Of a DNA stretch of 64,000 nucleotides, positions 30,305 through 39,795 are shown one piece after another; position 1 is the stretch's first letter; the number at the start of each line of letters is the position of its first letter. The stretch spans positions 3,424,001 to 3,488,000 of the forward strand of contig CATQHZ020000001.1 of NCBI GenBank assembly GCA_958296135.2. Direction: 5' to 3'. The stretch comes from an uncultured Poribacteria bacterium. GTDB taxonomy: Bacteria > Poribacteria > WGA-4E > WGA-3G. A program made the translations under genes and the position numbers. The notes beneath the pieces were generated by a model. It made no database searches, was not told the DNA's origin, and worked only from the letters and a program-made list of their open reading frames with translations.

Positions 30305-30524
30305 GAAACTCGCCAGAATTGCAGTGTCGATTTTCAAGGAAACCTCAACCCTGCAAGTTGACTGCCGCTGTCTTTGGGTTACGTGCTTGGCCGCTCACAA
30401 GTCCGTGCGTACCTCCTTACCAAATCCGATGCGATGTGTGAATCCAAGTGCCTCGGTAATCCGAGTGCCGCCTAACACATGCCGACGGTGCCACGAACCC
30501 GTGCACCTCACACAACGCATTTAC
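30305..30524 (-). ncRNA. Candidate structured RNA, copy 1 of a tandem pair
   Basis: Shares ordered sequence blocks and covarying stems with 30534-30753; family not recognised. Confidence 0.55.
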
Positions 30525-30533
30525 CTCATGGAT

Positions 30534-30753
30534 GAACTCTCTGAAGTTGCAACGTCAAGTCTCCACTCTCGTGCGTTGCAAGTTGACTGCCTCCGTCACT
30601 GAGCTACGTGTTTGGATGCACGCACAAACAGCGCGTCATCCCTTACCTAAAACGATGCGGTGTGTGATTTCATGCACCTTGATAGCCCGAGTGTAACCTA
30701 GCGTAGGTTTCCGACGTTTCCACGAACCGGCGCGATTCACACAACGCATTTAC
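30534..30753 (-). ncRNA. Candidate structured RNA, copy 2 of a tandem pair
   Basis: Conserved blocks GCAAGTTGACTGCC, CCTTACC, CGATGCG-TGTGTGA, CCACGAACC, TCACACAACGCATTTAC (plus-strand reading). Confidence 0.55.
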
Positions 30754-30896
30754 TAACGACAAGAACGATTCAGTTCTCCCCGGGAGGAGAGCCCCCCGGG
30801 TCTTGATGGGTACGGTATCGGGATACGGATGTCCCGCCCACCGGTGAAAATGGCGTTCGCACTAAAACTGAATGTCTCTGACCTAACGACACACTA

Positions 30897-30996
30897 ATTA
30901 TACCACAAAATTAAGCGCAAGTCTAAAAAAACGTTTTAGCACAAATGCTATCGACAACGTCTTACATAGAATACCACAAAAAACAAAAATTTGCAA
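30897..30996 (-). promoter_or_regulatory. Two tandem sigma70-like promoters facing the RNA pair and the C5 MTase
   Basis: TAGACT-N17-TATAAT (30925-30897) and TTGCAA-N17-TATTCT (30996-30968), both with TGTGG before the -10. Confidence 0.6.
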
Positions 30997-31100
30997 ACAA
31001 AATTCGGAAAGCCTTCAAAGTCGGTTCACCAATCGGCTTGGACTCAAATGTTCATTAAGGCGAGGGACAGCTCCTCGCCCTACAGTGATATGAACATCAC

Positions 31101-33587
31101 TTAATGAATAATCTTAACACTCAACAGCGGACTATCCTGCTCAAACAACTTACCGTTAATCGTCGCAGTGCCACGGAAAGTAAACGTGTAGGTACCCGGC
31201 TCTAAAGAACCAAGTGCCTGCAACGGTACCTTGACTTCGGTTTCGTTCGCCGGGAGCGTCGCGACGGAAGTGGTGATACCTTCCGGTAAATCCATCGGCG
31301 TAAGCGTGACAGCATCCGTAAAACCGCCTTGCCGCACTACCGTCAACGTCAACATCGCCTCCTTTGACAGCACAGTGTCGCTCGTATCCTCTGGCGCATT
31401 AGCAATCGCCACGGTGTCGTTTTTAACGCTGAGGCCGGAGGGTTCTCCTGCAATCGCTGTCTTTTTGGGAAAAACGATGCTAAAACGCAACGGCTCTACC
31501 GTCACGATGAAAGGTGCCTCGACGATAGTCAGCGGGATACCCGGCGTGGATTGCTTCACCGGCACGCTGTTGATAGTCGCCGTTCCTGTAACCGAAATAG
31601 AGCTAGTGCCGGGCGTTGGCACAACAGAGAACTGCTCTCTTCGCTCAAAACTCCCGGCTTTAATGGTGAGCATCGCTTCGGTTGCGCCTTCCGCGAGCGT
31701 CACAGGCGCAGCGGTAACACGGTTCGGCAGCCCAACTACGGATAATGCAATCGGACCGGCAAAGCCGCCCCTGCGGTTCGCACTTACGTGAATGTCAACG
31801 GATTTGTTGTGGACAACGCTTAAGCCTATCTCGGCCAACGTCAACGTGAATTGCGGCGCGCCCATCACCGTGAGCAGAATCGGATCCGGCGCAGCGGTAC
31901 GTTCTATCTGTTGATTACCAACAGCACAGACTCCGACAATCGAGAGCGGCATGAGCCCAAGCGGCGCATCCCACGGCGCAGTTACCGTGAGCAACACCCG
32001 ATTTTGACCGGGCTCAACAATGGTGTGACTCAGGGCAAACGTTTTCGGGAGCGCAGGACAGGTTAAACGAATCGGGCCATCAAAACCGTCAAACCGGGTT
32101 ACGTCAACTTGCATCGTGACACTACTGCCACGACTGACGCGCGGATTATCAAACGCTGATACACGGTTCCGGGCATCTAGCCCGACGACGTTGAGCGCAA
32201 AGTCCGGCTCTAACGGACGGATGCTGAAGCGGTACGGATACGCCTCGCCACCCTGATTGTTGAGCTCTCGGATAGAGACAGAATAGGTGCCAGCCTCTTC
32301 AAACAGCCACTCAATGCGGGCATCGGACACCCCACTCGCATCATCGTCGTTTACCATCAAGACTTGTTCTTTTGCATCGCCCCAGGTTTCCATATTCTCA
32401 GCGTCTGACACCATGTTCTCGGCATCGTAGAGGGTGAGGAGCGCATCAAGTCGCGACGACAACTTCAGTGCATCAACCTCAAAAACGAGGCGTTGCGCGG
32501 CTCCAACCTCAAACGAAAACCTGTCTACATCTCCCGCTTTCTCAATCTTGCCGTTGAGCGTCATCGGTATCGTCACAGGATTCGCTTCTCCGCGCATGTT
32601 ATTAGGCTCAGTTTCTGACATCTCGGCTAAATTTCCGATGGCAAACGGATGGACATTCGTCGCCAAGCCGGAGGGAGTTCTCACGCGCAGTGCCCGCTCA
32701 CCTGGCGGTGTTTCCGCACCGATGGATATTTGGATAGACACCACCGTTTCAAGATTCGCGCCGCTGACAGCAATCGTATTCTCTGAGCCGCGCCGCCCAC
32801 CAAGCGGGAAAATTGTCTCCAGATACGGCAATTCACCGATGCTCAACCGATAGCCGTAACCCTCGCCGCCTTTGTAACGGATATCGCGGATGTAGAGGGT
32901 ATAGTTTCCAGCGGCCGCCGCGGTGTAGTCCAACAGAGAGTCAAATCCGCTGCCCATCCCACTATTGGCAACCTCCGTGCCCTCAGCGTTTTTCAGGACG
33001 AGGTACGAGTCAAGCAACGAGCCCATCCGCGCCGCTGTCACGTCACAGATAAGCCGAGCATCCTTTTCAAGGTTAAAGTTAAAAATATCTTCATCGTCAA
33101 TCGAGGCGATATCGCCGTTGACGGTGACCGGCAATTCAAGCCAATGATAGGCATCGGGCGCATCTACCGTTTCATCTTCAATTATTTCTGCAAGGTTACC
33201 AACCACAAAACTTTGCGCGTTGGAAACACCGTAGGGGGTAACGATGCGGATTTGCTGAACACCTAGCGGCGCACTCGGCGCGATTGTCAGGGCAGCTGTC
33301 AAACTCGCGTCGTTGGGGATATGCCCAGTGACACCCGCGCCATCAAAGAAGACTGCAGCTTCCGCCGTCCTCTCTTTAATCTCGGCTGTGATACCGCTCC
33401 CACCGAACCACAACGCTGTCGCCGCACCGATGTTTTTCCCTTTCAAGGTAACGTCAACGGTAGTCCCTTGTTGTCCACCTTGTGGGAAAACGGCGGTGAA
33501 TTCAGGCTGCACCTGCGCCCGCGCAAAACTGATAGTTAGAAAAAAAATAAGGAGGAGAATAGAGAACTGTTTTGTGAAATCGTGCAT
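31101..33587 (-). CDS. Secreted PPC-domain protein (planctomycete-type)
   Basis: Signal peptide, FPQGGQQG, EDETV/ETEPNN, DVDRFSF repeats; typical neighbour of DUF1501. Confidence 0.85.
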   Translation of the reverse strand: MHDFTKQFSILLLIFFLTISFARAQVQPEFTAVFPQGGQQGTTVDVTLKGKNIGAATALWFGGSGITAEIKERTAEAAVFFDGAGVTGHIPNDASLTAALTIAPSAPLGVQQIRIVTPYGVSNAQSFVVGNLAEIIEDETVDAPDAYHWLELPVTVNGDIASIDDEDIFNFNLEKDARLICDVTAARMGSLLDSYLVLKNAEGTEVANSGMGSGFDSLLDYTAAAAGNYTLYIRDIRYKGGEGYGYRLSIGELPYLETIFPLGGRRGSENTIAVSGANLETVVSIQISIGAETPPGERALRVRTPSGLATNVHPFAIGNLAEMSETEPNNMRGEANPVTIPMTLNGKIEKAGDVDRFSFEVGAAQRLVFEVDALKLSSRLDALLTLYDAENMVSDAENMETWGDAKEQVLMVNDDDASGVSDARIEWLFEEAGTYSVSIRELNNQGGEAYPYRFSIRPLEPDFALNVVGLDARNRVSAFDNPRVSRGSSVTMQVDVTRFDGFDGPIRLTCPALPKTFALSHTIVEPGQNRVLLTVTAPWDAPLGLMPLSIVGVCAVGNQQIERTAAPDPILLTVMGAPQFTLTLAEIGLSVVHNKSVDIHVSANRRGGFAGPIALSVVGLPNRVTAAPVTLAEGATEAMLTIKAGSFERREQFSVVPTPGTSSISVTGTATINSVPVKQSTPGIPLTIVEAPFIVTVEPLRFSIVFPKKTAIAGEPSGLSVKNDTVAIANAPEDTSDTVLSKEAMLTLTVVRQGGFTDAVTLTPMDLPEGITTSVATLPANETEVKVPLQALGSLEPGTYTFTFRGTATINGKLFEQDSPLLSVKIIH

Positions 33588-33776
33588 TTCTGCTTTCCTC
33601 GTGTTGTCGCTGTAATCTGAGAATTGATTTCTGAATCATCGTAGCTCAGGCTCGCCTGAACCCGAACTGTTTGAGACCTGGTAATCGCAAACGACAGAAT
33701 CGAAGAACGAAACAACTCTATAACCAAGGCAGGGCGAGGGACAGGTCTCCCTCGCCCTACGGAATGCACCGAAGCC

Positions 33777-35222
33777 CTAGAAAATCCCGGCAATCGGTTC
33801 GCCTTTCACCAATTCGCGCGGCTGCTCCAAGTGGTTCAACACGATAGTGTGCGGGTCGATGCCGAGCGTATGGTAGACCGTGGCGAGAATGTCGCGCGGA
33901 TGCACCGGATTCTCAAGCGGCGTTGAGCCCGTCGCATCGGACTTCCCATAAACCTGTCCACCTTTCACACCCGCGCCTGCAATCAGACCGGTGTAGCAAT
34001 ACGGCCAATGATCTCTGCCATCAGGCGCGTTGCTATTCCCAGAAGTGCTGATGCCCATCCGCGGGGAACGGCCGAACTCGCCGATAGCCAAAACCAACGT
34101 ATCGTCTAACATGCCGCGCTGGTGCAGGTCCTCGAGCAGCGAGGAGACCGCGCTATCCAGCTTCGGGCAGTGCAGATTCTTCAGCGGACCGAAGTTCGTC
34201 GCATGCGTATCCCAGGCTGTCGTGTTCGGATCGCCGTTAGCAACGGAGGGCCAGTTCACCTGCACGAAGCGAGTACCTGCCTCCACCAACCGCCGCGCGA
34301 GGAGCGCGCTCTGTCCAAACGTATGCCGGCCATACTTATCGCGCACCTCATCAGGTTCCTGCGCCAAGTCAAACGCATTACGCGCCCGCTGCGACAAGAT
34401 GAGATTGTAAGCCTTCTCATAATACTCGTTCAAGGCATAGGAATCCGCAACCTTGTCGATTTCAGGCATGCCGGCGTTAAGCGTCTCCAGCAGAGATTTC
34501 CGCCGTTTCAACCGCACAGGCGGCACCTCGGGACGCAGCGTCAGATCGTCCAGGTTAATGTCCTCATTCGGATCTTGGAAGAGGAAGTAAGGATCGTAGG
34601 CTCTACCGAGGAACCCCGCGTTCCCACCCTTGCCGATGATGTTGCTCTCCTGCATCGGACGTGGAAGCTGCACGGCTGCCAGCATCGGTTCATCCGGCGG
34701 ACGGTAGTTCGCGATGTGCGCCGCCGCATTCGGATGGTCTGCAGGAGAAGGCGGATCCAACTGTCCCGAAGGCGCAACTTTATCCGGCGTTTCGCCTGTC
34801 ACCATTTGATACATCGCCGCCGTGTGGTTGAAAAGCCCCGCCGGTGTGTAACTCACCGACCGGATGAGGCACGCCTTATCCATCTGCTGTGCCAAGCGCG
34901 GCATCGTCTCGGATAACTGAATGCCGTCCACGTTCGTCGGAATCGGATTGAATTCGCCCCGGATGTTTGAGGGCGCGTCCGGCTTCGGATCCCAGATATC
35001 AAGATGGCTGGGGCCCCCTTGCAAAAAGAGGAGAATGACAGAATTGGCTTTCCCCCACCCGTTGAGAGGCTTGGAGGGCTCAACTGCCGTATTCGCTCTG
35101 GCTTGGAGTGACAGGACTTGCGGCAGACTGATGCCGAGCATCGCTGCGCCCCCGACGCGTAGAAATTCGCGTCGCGAAAATCCGTCACACAATCTTCCTG
35201 GCATTTGTGGTAACGATAACAT
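33777..35222 (-). CDS. DUF1501 family protein
   Basis: SRREFLR, LQGGPSHLDIWDPKP, ARRLVEAG, WDTH, GEFGRSP, GRDHW. Confidence 0.93.
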   Translation of the reverse strand: MLSLPQMPGRLCDGFSRREFLRVGGAAMLGISLPQVLSLQARANTAVEPSKPLNGWGKANSVILLFLQGGPSHLDIWDPKPDAPSNIRGEFNPIPTNVDGIQLSETMPRLAQQMDKACLIRSVSYTPAGLFNHTAAMYQMVTGETPDKVAPSGQLDPPSPADHPNAAAHIANYRPPDEPMLAAVQLPRPMQESNIIGKGGNAGFLGRAYDPYFLFQDPNEDINLDDLTLRPEVPPVRLKRRKSLLETLNAGMPEIDKVADSYALNEYYEKAYNLILSQRARNAFDLAQEPDEVRDKYGRHTFGQSALLARRLVEAGTRFVQVNWPSVANGDPNTTAWDTHATNFGPLKNLHCPKLDSAVSSLLEDLHQRGMLDDTLVLAIGEFGRSPRMGISTSGNSNAPDGRDHWPYCYTGLIAGAGVKGGQVYGKSDATGSTPLENPVHPRDILATVYHTLGIDPHTIVLNHLEQPRELVKGEPIAGIF

Positions 35223-35321
35223 GATGTTGTTGCCTCCATAATGGCGGGAGCGTTTGTAAGGGCGGATGTCTATAGTTTCCGCCCGTTACAGACAGCGCAG
35301 ATTGCGCTCCCCGCCGCGACA

Positions 35322-37796
35322 TTAACGATTAAACAGGAACGCCGGACTGTTAATCAGTGCCCACAACAGATCTTGCGCTCCCTCTTCCTTAGACTCGGCG
35401 TTTGCGAGATGCTCAATCGCTACCGCGTATTCGGCCTTCTGCGGTAACCGAGAAAGCGTGGCAAGATACAACTCCTCAACGAGGGTTTTGTCGTCACTCT
35501 CTGCTTTCACGAGTCTCGCGATGCGTCCCTCCGGATCGATTAGCGCGTCTGCAACCGTCGGGCCGTTAATCAAGTTCATAGCGTGCGCGAGGCTGACCTC
35601 GGTGGTGCGTTCGCATTCACACGAAGTCTCGCGTTCCGGACGCCCGAAGAGTTTCAAGAAACCGTCGTCCTTCACCTTGCTATCAGGCAATTGGACAGCT
35701 CTGAAGTCTTTCGGCACCGCTTCAAACCTTGGACGGCTCCCTGTTGCCACGCCGATGGAATCAAGCAACTGTTCCGCTGTCAAACGCCGCGCAACCGCGT
35801 GGGAGAAGTTAATCTTATCCGCTTTGTTCCACTTATTCGTCTTGATACTCTGCTGATAGGTTCGGGAGCGCGCGATCGTCCGCATGATATGCTTCAAATC
35901 GAAGCCGCTCTCTACAAAATCCTTTGTCAACGCATCAAGCAGTTCCGGATTCGTCGGCGGGTTACTTGTGCGAATGTCGTCCACAGGCTCAATGATCCCG
36001 CGTCCCATGAAGTAACTCCACAGACGATTCACGCCTGCGCGAGCGAACATCGGATTGTCAGCGGCGGTAAGCCACTCCGCGAGAGCCTGCCGCTTATCGG
36101 CCGTGTCTGCATCCACTTCACCAAACGGGACAGCAGGTTCAATCACTGCCAACGTTCGGGGATGTTTCACAGGCGTTTCGGTATAATTGGCGTAGACTAC
36201 CTCATCACCGGGCAGATGCCCCTGCTTGACTTTGACATCCGCAAAGAACGCGCCGAACTCATAATACTGGTTCTGCGTCCACTTTTCAAACGGATGGTCA
36301 TGGCATTTATTACAGGAGAAGCGCACACCCAAAAAGAGCTGCGTCGTGTTTTCCACGGCATCGGTATACTCACGTGACACGCGGAAATAACTGGCCGCCG
36401 GATTGCTATAGGCACTGCCACTAGACGTAATCAGGGCGCGGACGAACTGATCATACGGCTGATTCTGCGCGATGGACTCATGAATCCACTGCTGGAAAAG
36501 CCACACGCCGCGCTCGCCGAGGAACTTCCGGTTTGATTGCAACAAGTCTGCCCATTTATGTGTCCAATGATCGACAAACTCCGGTGTCTCCACGAGTGCA
36601 TCGATTAACTGCTCGCGCTTCGCCTTTGAAGCGGTTTTATCTGCCAAGAAGCTCCGAACCTGCTCAGGCATGGGCGGCAGTCCCGTCAAATCGAGATAAA
36701 TGCGCCGCACAAACTCCTCATCGGTGCAGAGAGCCGATGGCAGAATCTTCATCCGCTTCAACTTGTTATGCACATGCGTATCAATGTAGGTGTACGTCGG
36801 TGTTTTTACCCATTTATAGCCGGTTCTGTCACCCATAACGATGATGCCGTTGGTGCTGTACGCGCCTTCATACCGTGTCAATATGGCGGTTTCACCGCGT
36901 CGTTCAGCGGTGACAACCCCGTCATCCGTGACTTTCGCGACATCATTAGCACTGCTGGTGAACTTAGCCTCGCGGGTGACATCGCGCGTGGTACCATCGG
37001 GATAGTGCGCAATAACGATGAGTTGTTGCTTCGTGCCGGGCATCGACAACTCTGCAGAATTCGGCAGCACCTCTAACCGTTCCACGCGCTGCGTGGTTTT
37101 CACGTCAGAGACAACACCTTCCGCTATCCACTGCCGAATCAGCTCGTAGTCACGCGAACCAGGAACAATCACCTGCCCGCCTTTGTGCGGCACTTCGGAT
37201 GTCGGCTTCAGCAGCATCAGGCTCTGTTCGGGGAACGCGCGATTGAAACGCCGCCCCGATATATCCTCAATGAGGAGCTCGTAGTCAAAATCCGGGTCAT
37301 AGCCGCGCAGGGAGAGTTTAAACCCGTTTTTGCCCTTCGCCGCGCCGTGGCACGTGCCGTTGTTACACCCGGCGTGACTCAGAAGCGGCATGACCTCCCG
37401 CACGAAACTCACCGGCGGTGCCTCCAGGCTCGTGACGTTCACCGGTAAATCGGTGCTGAGCCCTTTGACAGTAACGGCGATGTTCGTCGTGCCGACAGAC
37501 ACCGGGTAGATATAGCCATCTTCCTGCACCTGCACGCCAGCAGAAGAAGGAGTTAGGACCGCCCAGTGCGTTACGTCGATCCAACGTCCATCCGTTGTCC
37601 GGCCTGACACGAGCACACGGCGGCCATCGCGCGCATGCTGCAGCGTCAATGCCTCAGGATGCACCTTCAACGCCGTAATTTTGGGGATTTCAACACTCGC
37701 AGCCTTCTCCATTTCGCTCCAACTCGTCAGTTGGAACGCGAAGCATAAGGAGAATGCGATGAGGAGTGTCGCGACAAACTTAAACCTAGGTTTCAT
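35322..37796 (-). CDS. DUF1549/DUF1553 protein with Ig-like domains
   Basis: CNNGTCHG, FVRRIYLDLTG, CNKCHDHPFEKW, NPELLDAL, RRLTAEQLLD, FLFNR; GGAGG RBS before ATG 37796. Confidence 0.92.
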   Translation of the reverse strand: MKPRFKFVATLLIAFSLCFAFQLTSWSEMEKAASVEIPKITALKVHPEALTLQHARDGRRVLVSGRTTDGRWIDVTHWAVLTPSSAGVQVQEDGYIYPVSVGTTNIAVTVKGLSTDLPVNVTSLEAPPVSFVREVMPLLSHAGCNNGTCHGAAKGKNGFKLSLRGYDPDFDYELLIEDISGRRFNRAFPEQSLMLLKPTSEVPHKGGQVIVPGSRDYELIRQWIAEGVVSDVKTTQRVERLEVLPNSAELSMPGTKQQLIVIAHYPDGTTRDVTREAKFTSSANDVAKVTDDGVVTAERRGETAILTRYEGAYSTNGIIVMGDRTGYKWVKTPTYTYIDTHVHNKLKRMKILPSALCTDEEFVRRIYLDLTGLPPMPEQVRSFLADKTASKAKREQLIDALVETPEFVDHWTHKWADLLQSNRKFLGERGVWLFQQWIHESIAQNQPYDQFVRALITSSGSAYSNPAASYFRVSREYTDAVENTTQLFLGVRFSCNKCHDHPFEKWTQNQYYEFGAFFADVKVKQGHLPGDEVVYANYTETPVKHPRTLAVIEPAVPFGEVDADTADKRQALAEWLTAADNPMFARAGVNRLWSYFMGRGIIEPVDDIRTSNPPTNPELLDALTKDFVESGFDLKHIMRTIARSRTYQQSIKTNKWNKADKINFSHAVARRLTAEQLLDSIGVATGSRPRFEAVPKDFRAVQLPDSKVKDDGFLKLFGRPERETSCECERTTEVSLAHAMNLINGPTVADALIDPEGRIARLVKAESDDKTLVEELYLATLSRLPQKAEYAVAIEHLANAESKEEGAQDLLWALINSPAFLFNR

Positions 37797-37864
37797 GATA
37801 TCCTCCAAATAGGTGAGGCGGAACATGCCAGCGCGCATTGCGCTCCTACACGTCCCAGTCTCCC

Positions 37865-38689
37865 CTACTTCTGGTTTTTCAAATTCCCCCAGACTATTGG
37901 CAACTTGCCACCGGGGGATACGTCAGCGAATTCAGATTCGCTCGCTAGCCAATTGATAACGTTTTCGGTAAGTTGCTCCAGTTGTTCGATGTCCTCGTTG
38001 TTCTTATGATAGTTCGGGAGCCGCCAATTCATATTGAACACTTTTCCATCGCCGGCCTCCCAATAGCCAAAGGCGGCAATCCTATCGCCCCAGTCGTTCG
38101 CGGGCGGGCCCCACGCATTGGCAAGGGTAATGAAATCCTTCCAAATCTTATCGTAGTAGTCGCCGCTCTTCGGAAAGCCGGTGGAATTAACCTGAATCCT
38201 ATCGTCAACCTGCGGTGCCTTCCCATCAATATTCTCAAGGCCTTCCACTAATCCGAGTTCAAGTGTCTCTTTCAGGACGGTAATACCGACGTTAATCCCA
38301 TCTGCTGCGGTAGGACCGAATGCACGCGCCTCCGCTTTTTCGAGCCCCATCGGCGTTGCGTAACGAATCGCCCATCCTGTCAAGAGAACAGCACCGCCGC
38401 TTTCGGCGTAGTCCACGAACGCATCGATTTCCGCGGCGGACAATTCGCCCGGGTCGCTGTCGCCTTCGTGCCACCAGACGACACCGTATTGTTTAAACGT
38501 GTTGCTCTTCAGGGCATTCTTCGCCAGCTGCGTCGTTTGGAACGCCTTTTCGGCAAATTCCAACGCCGGCGACGTAAACGGCCCTTTCTCGCCAAGGTAA
38601 ACAAAGCCGACTTCTACTGCCGCATCATTGACATTTATGATACCAAAAAGCAGCAAAAAAGTCAAGCAAAATATAAATGTTCGTTGCAT
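37865..38689 (-). CDS. Secreted hypothetical protein with C-terminal VSPGGKLPIVWGNLK tail
   Basis: Signal peptide, YAESGGAVLL glutamine-amidotransferase-like segment; GAGGAG RBS before ATG 38689. Confidence 0.75.
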   Translation of the reverse strand: MQRTFIFCLTFLLLFGIINVNDAAVEVGFVYLGEKGPFTSPALEFAEKAFQTTQLAKNALKSNTFKQYGVVWWHEGDSDPGELSAAEIDAFVDYAESGGAVLLTGWAIRYATPMGLEKAEARAFGPTAADGINVGITVLKETLELGLVEGLENIDGKAPQVDDRIQVNSTGFPKSGDYYDKIWKDFITLANAWGPPANDWGDRIAAFGYWEAGDGKVFNMNWRLPNYHKNNEDIEQLEQLTENVINWLASESEFADVSPGGKLPIVWGNLKNQK

Positions 38690-38734
38690 TTTTTCTCCTC
38701 CATCGCTGCCCAAGACGCAAACCTTCCCTTTATC

Positions 38735-38909
38735 GTAGCGCGGGGGCCGTTACGGTCACGCCTACAGTAAAAGTGCGTGTGTCGCCCCGCGTAAACACGG
38801 TCACGTCTACAGCAAACGTGCGTGTGTCGCCCCGCGTAAACACGCTACCTTACTTTAACTTTGTCATCTCTGCAGCGAGGCTGCAGAGATGTCCACTGTC
38901 CCCCGCGAT
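38735..38909. repeat. REP-like unit with nested insert (2 x 45-bp tandem repeat and a perfect hairpin)
   Basis: GTAGCGCGGGGGCC [insert] TGTCCCCCGCGAT; 45-bp copies start at 38752 and 38797. Confidence 0.8.
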
Positions 38910-38944
38910 GCATCGCAACCCGCACGGTGAGCGACAGCCCTTCC

Positions 38945-39727
38945 CTACGGTGAATAATCCATGTCGCGCAGCCGTTCCCTCCCCATCTTCACAAAATTCG
39001 GCTCAATCTCAAAAGCGACGAAATTGCGACGGTGCCGCTTGCAGACGACAGGACACGTGCCTACGCCGGCAAACGGGTCCAACACCAAATCTCCCTGTGA
39101 TGAACTCGCTAACACCATCCGCTCAATTAACTTCTCAGGCTTCTGAATCGTATTGAGCACTTCTCGGCACGCCAACTCCTTCGATTTGTAAGTCAACTGC
39201 TTGATATCGCCCCAGACATCGCCCGGATTCTTCCCGTTGGCATTGAATTTGGTTTTCCCAAACGTGCCATCTGCGACAGAAGGAACCCGTTCGCACCGGA
39301 GCCGATGTGTTAATTCTACTAGCTGCGCCACCCTGATTTCATCAAGGTTATAGCATCGCGGGCGTTTGCCCTTGATGAAATAGCAGATGATGTCGTAGTT
39401 GTTCGTGTAGTTAATCCTGCCTTGCGCCAGCCGACTGGGTTGATACCAGATGATCTTCGCGCGCAGCGTTAAGAACTGCCGATAATCAATGAAGTCAACG
39501 CAGTCCGGTTTCCCGAAGAGATAGAGCGCACCGCCCTCTTTCAACTTCGGCGTGAAACGTTCAATGAGCCCGAGGTTGAACTCCTGAATTGAGGCGATTT
39601 TGTCCCACGAATGCTGCGTTACGCCGTAAGGACCGTCGCACACAATCAGAGATACCGATGCATCTTCCACCGATTCAAGGAGCTCAAACGCATCGCCGCA
39701 ATGGATAGTGTTGAGTTCAAGTGTCAT
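38945..39727 (-). CDS. Orphan beta-class N4/N6 DNA methyltransferase
   Basis: IHCGDA, VCDGPYG, NPGDVW, QKPEKL, DPFAGVG. Confidence 0.88.
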   Translation of the reverse strand: MTLELNTIHCGDAFELLESVEDASVSLIVCDGPYGVTQHSWDKIASIQEFNLGLIERFTPKLKEGGALYLFGKPDCVDFIDYRQFLTLRAKIIWYQPSRLAQGRINYTNNYDIICYFIKGKRPRCYNLDEIRVAQLVELTHRLRCERVPSVADGTFGKTKFNANGKNPGDVWGDIKQLTYKSKELACREVLNTIQKPEKLIERMVLASSSQGDLVLDPFAGVGTCPVVCKRHRRNFVAFEIEPNFVKMGRERLRDMDYSP

Positions 39728-39795
39728 TGCTTGGCTAAGGAACGCGAGGGACAGGAACGCGAGGGACAGGCCTTCACGCTACGGATACGACGCAC

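Noticed and set aside
30324-30602. 92-aa Cys-rich ORF over the tandem repeats
   Set aside because: The second repeat copy has stops and frame-breaking indels; conservation follows base pairing, not codons
39738-39783. Direct repeat GGAACGCGAGGGACA x2 as a regulatory site
   Set aside because: It is a partial duplication of one arm of the common REP family
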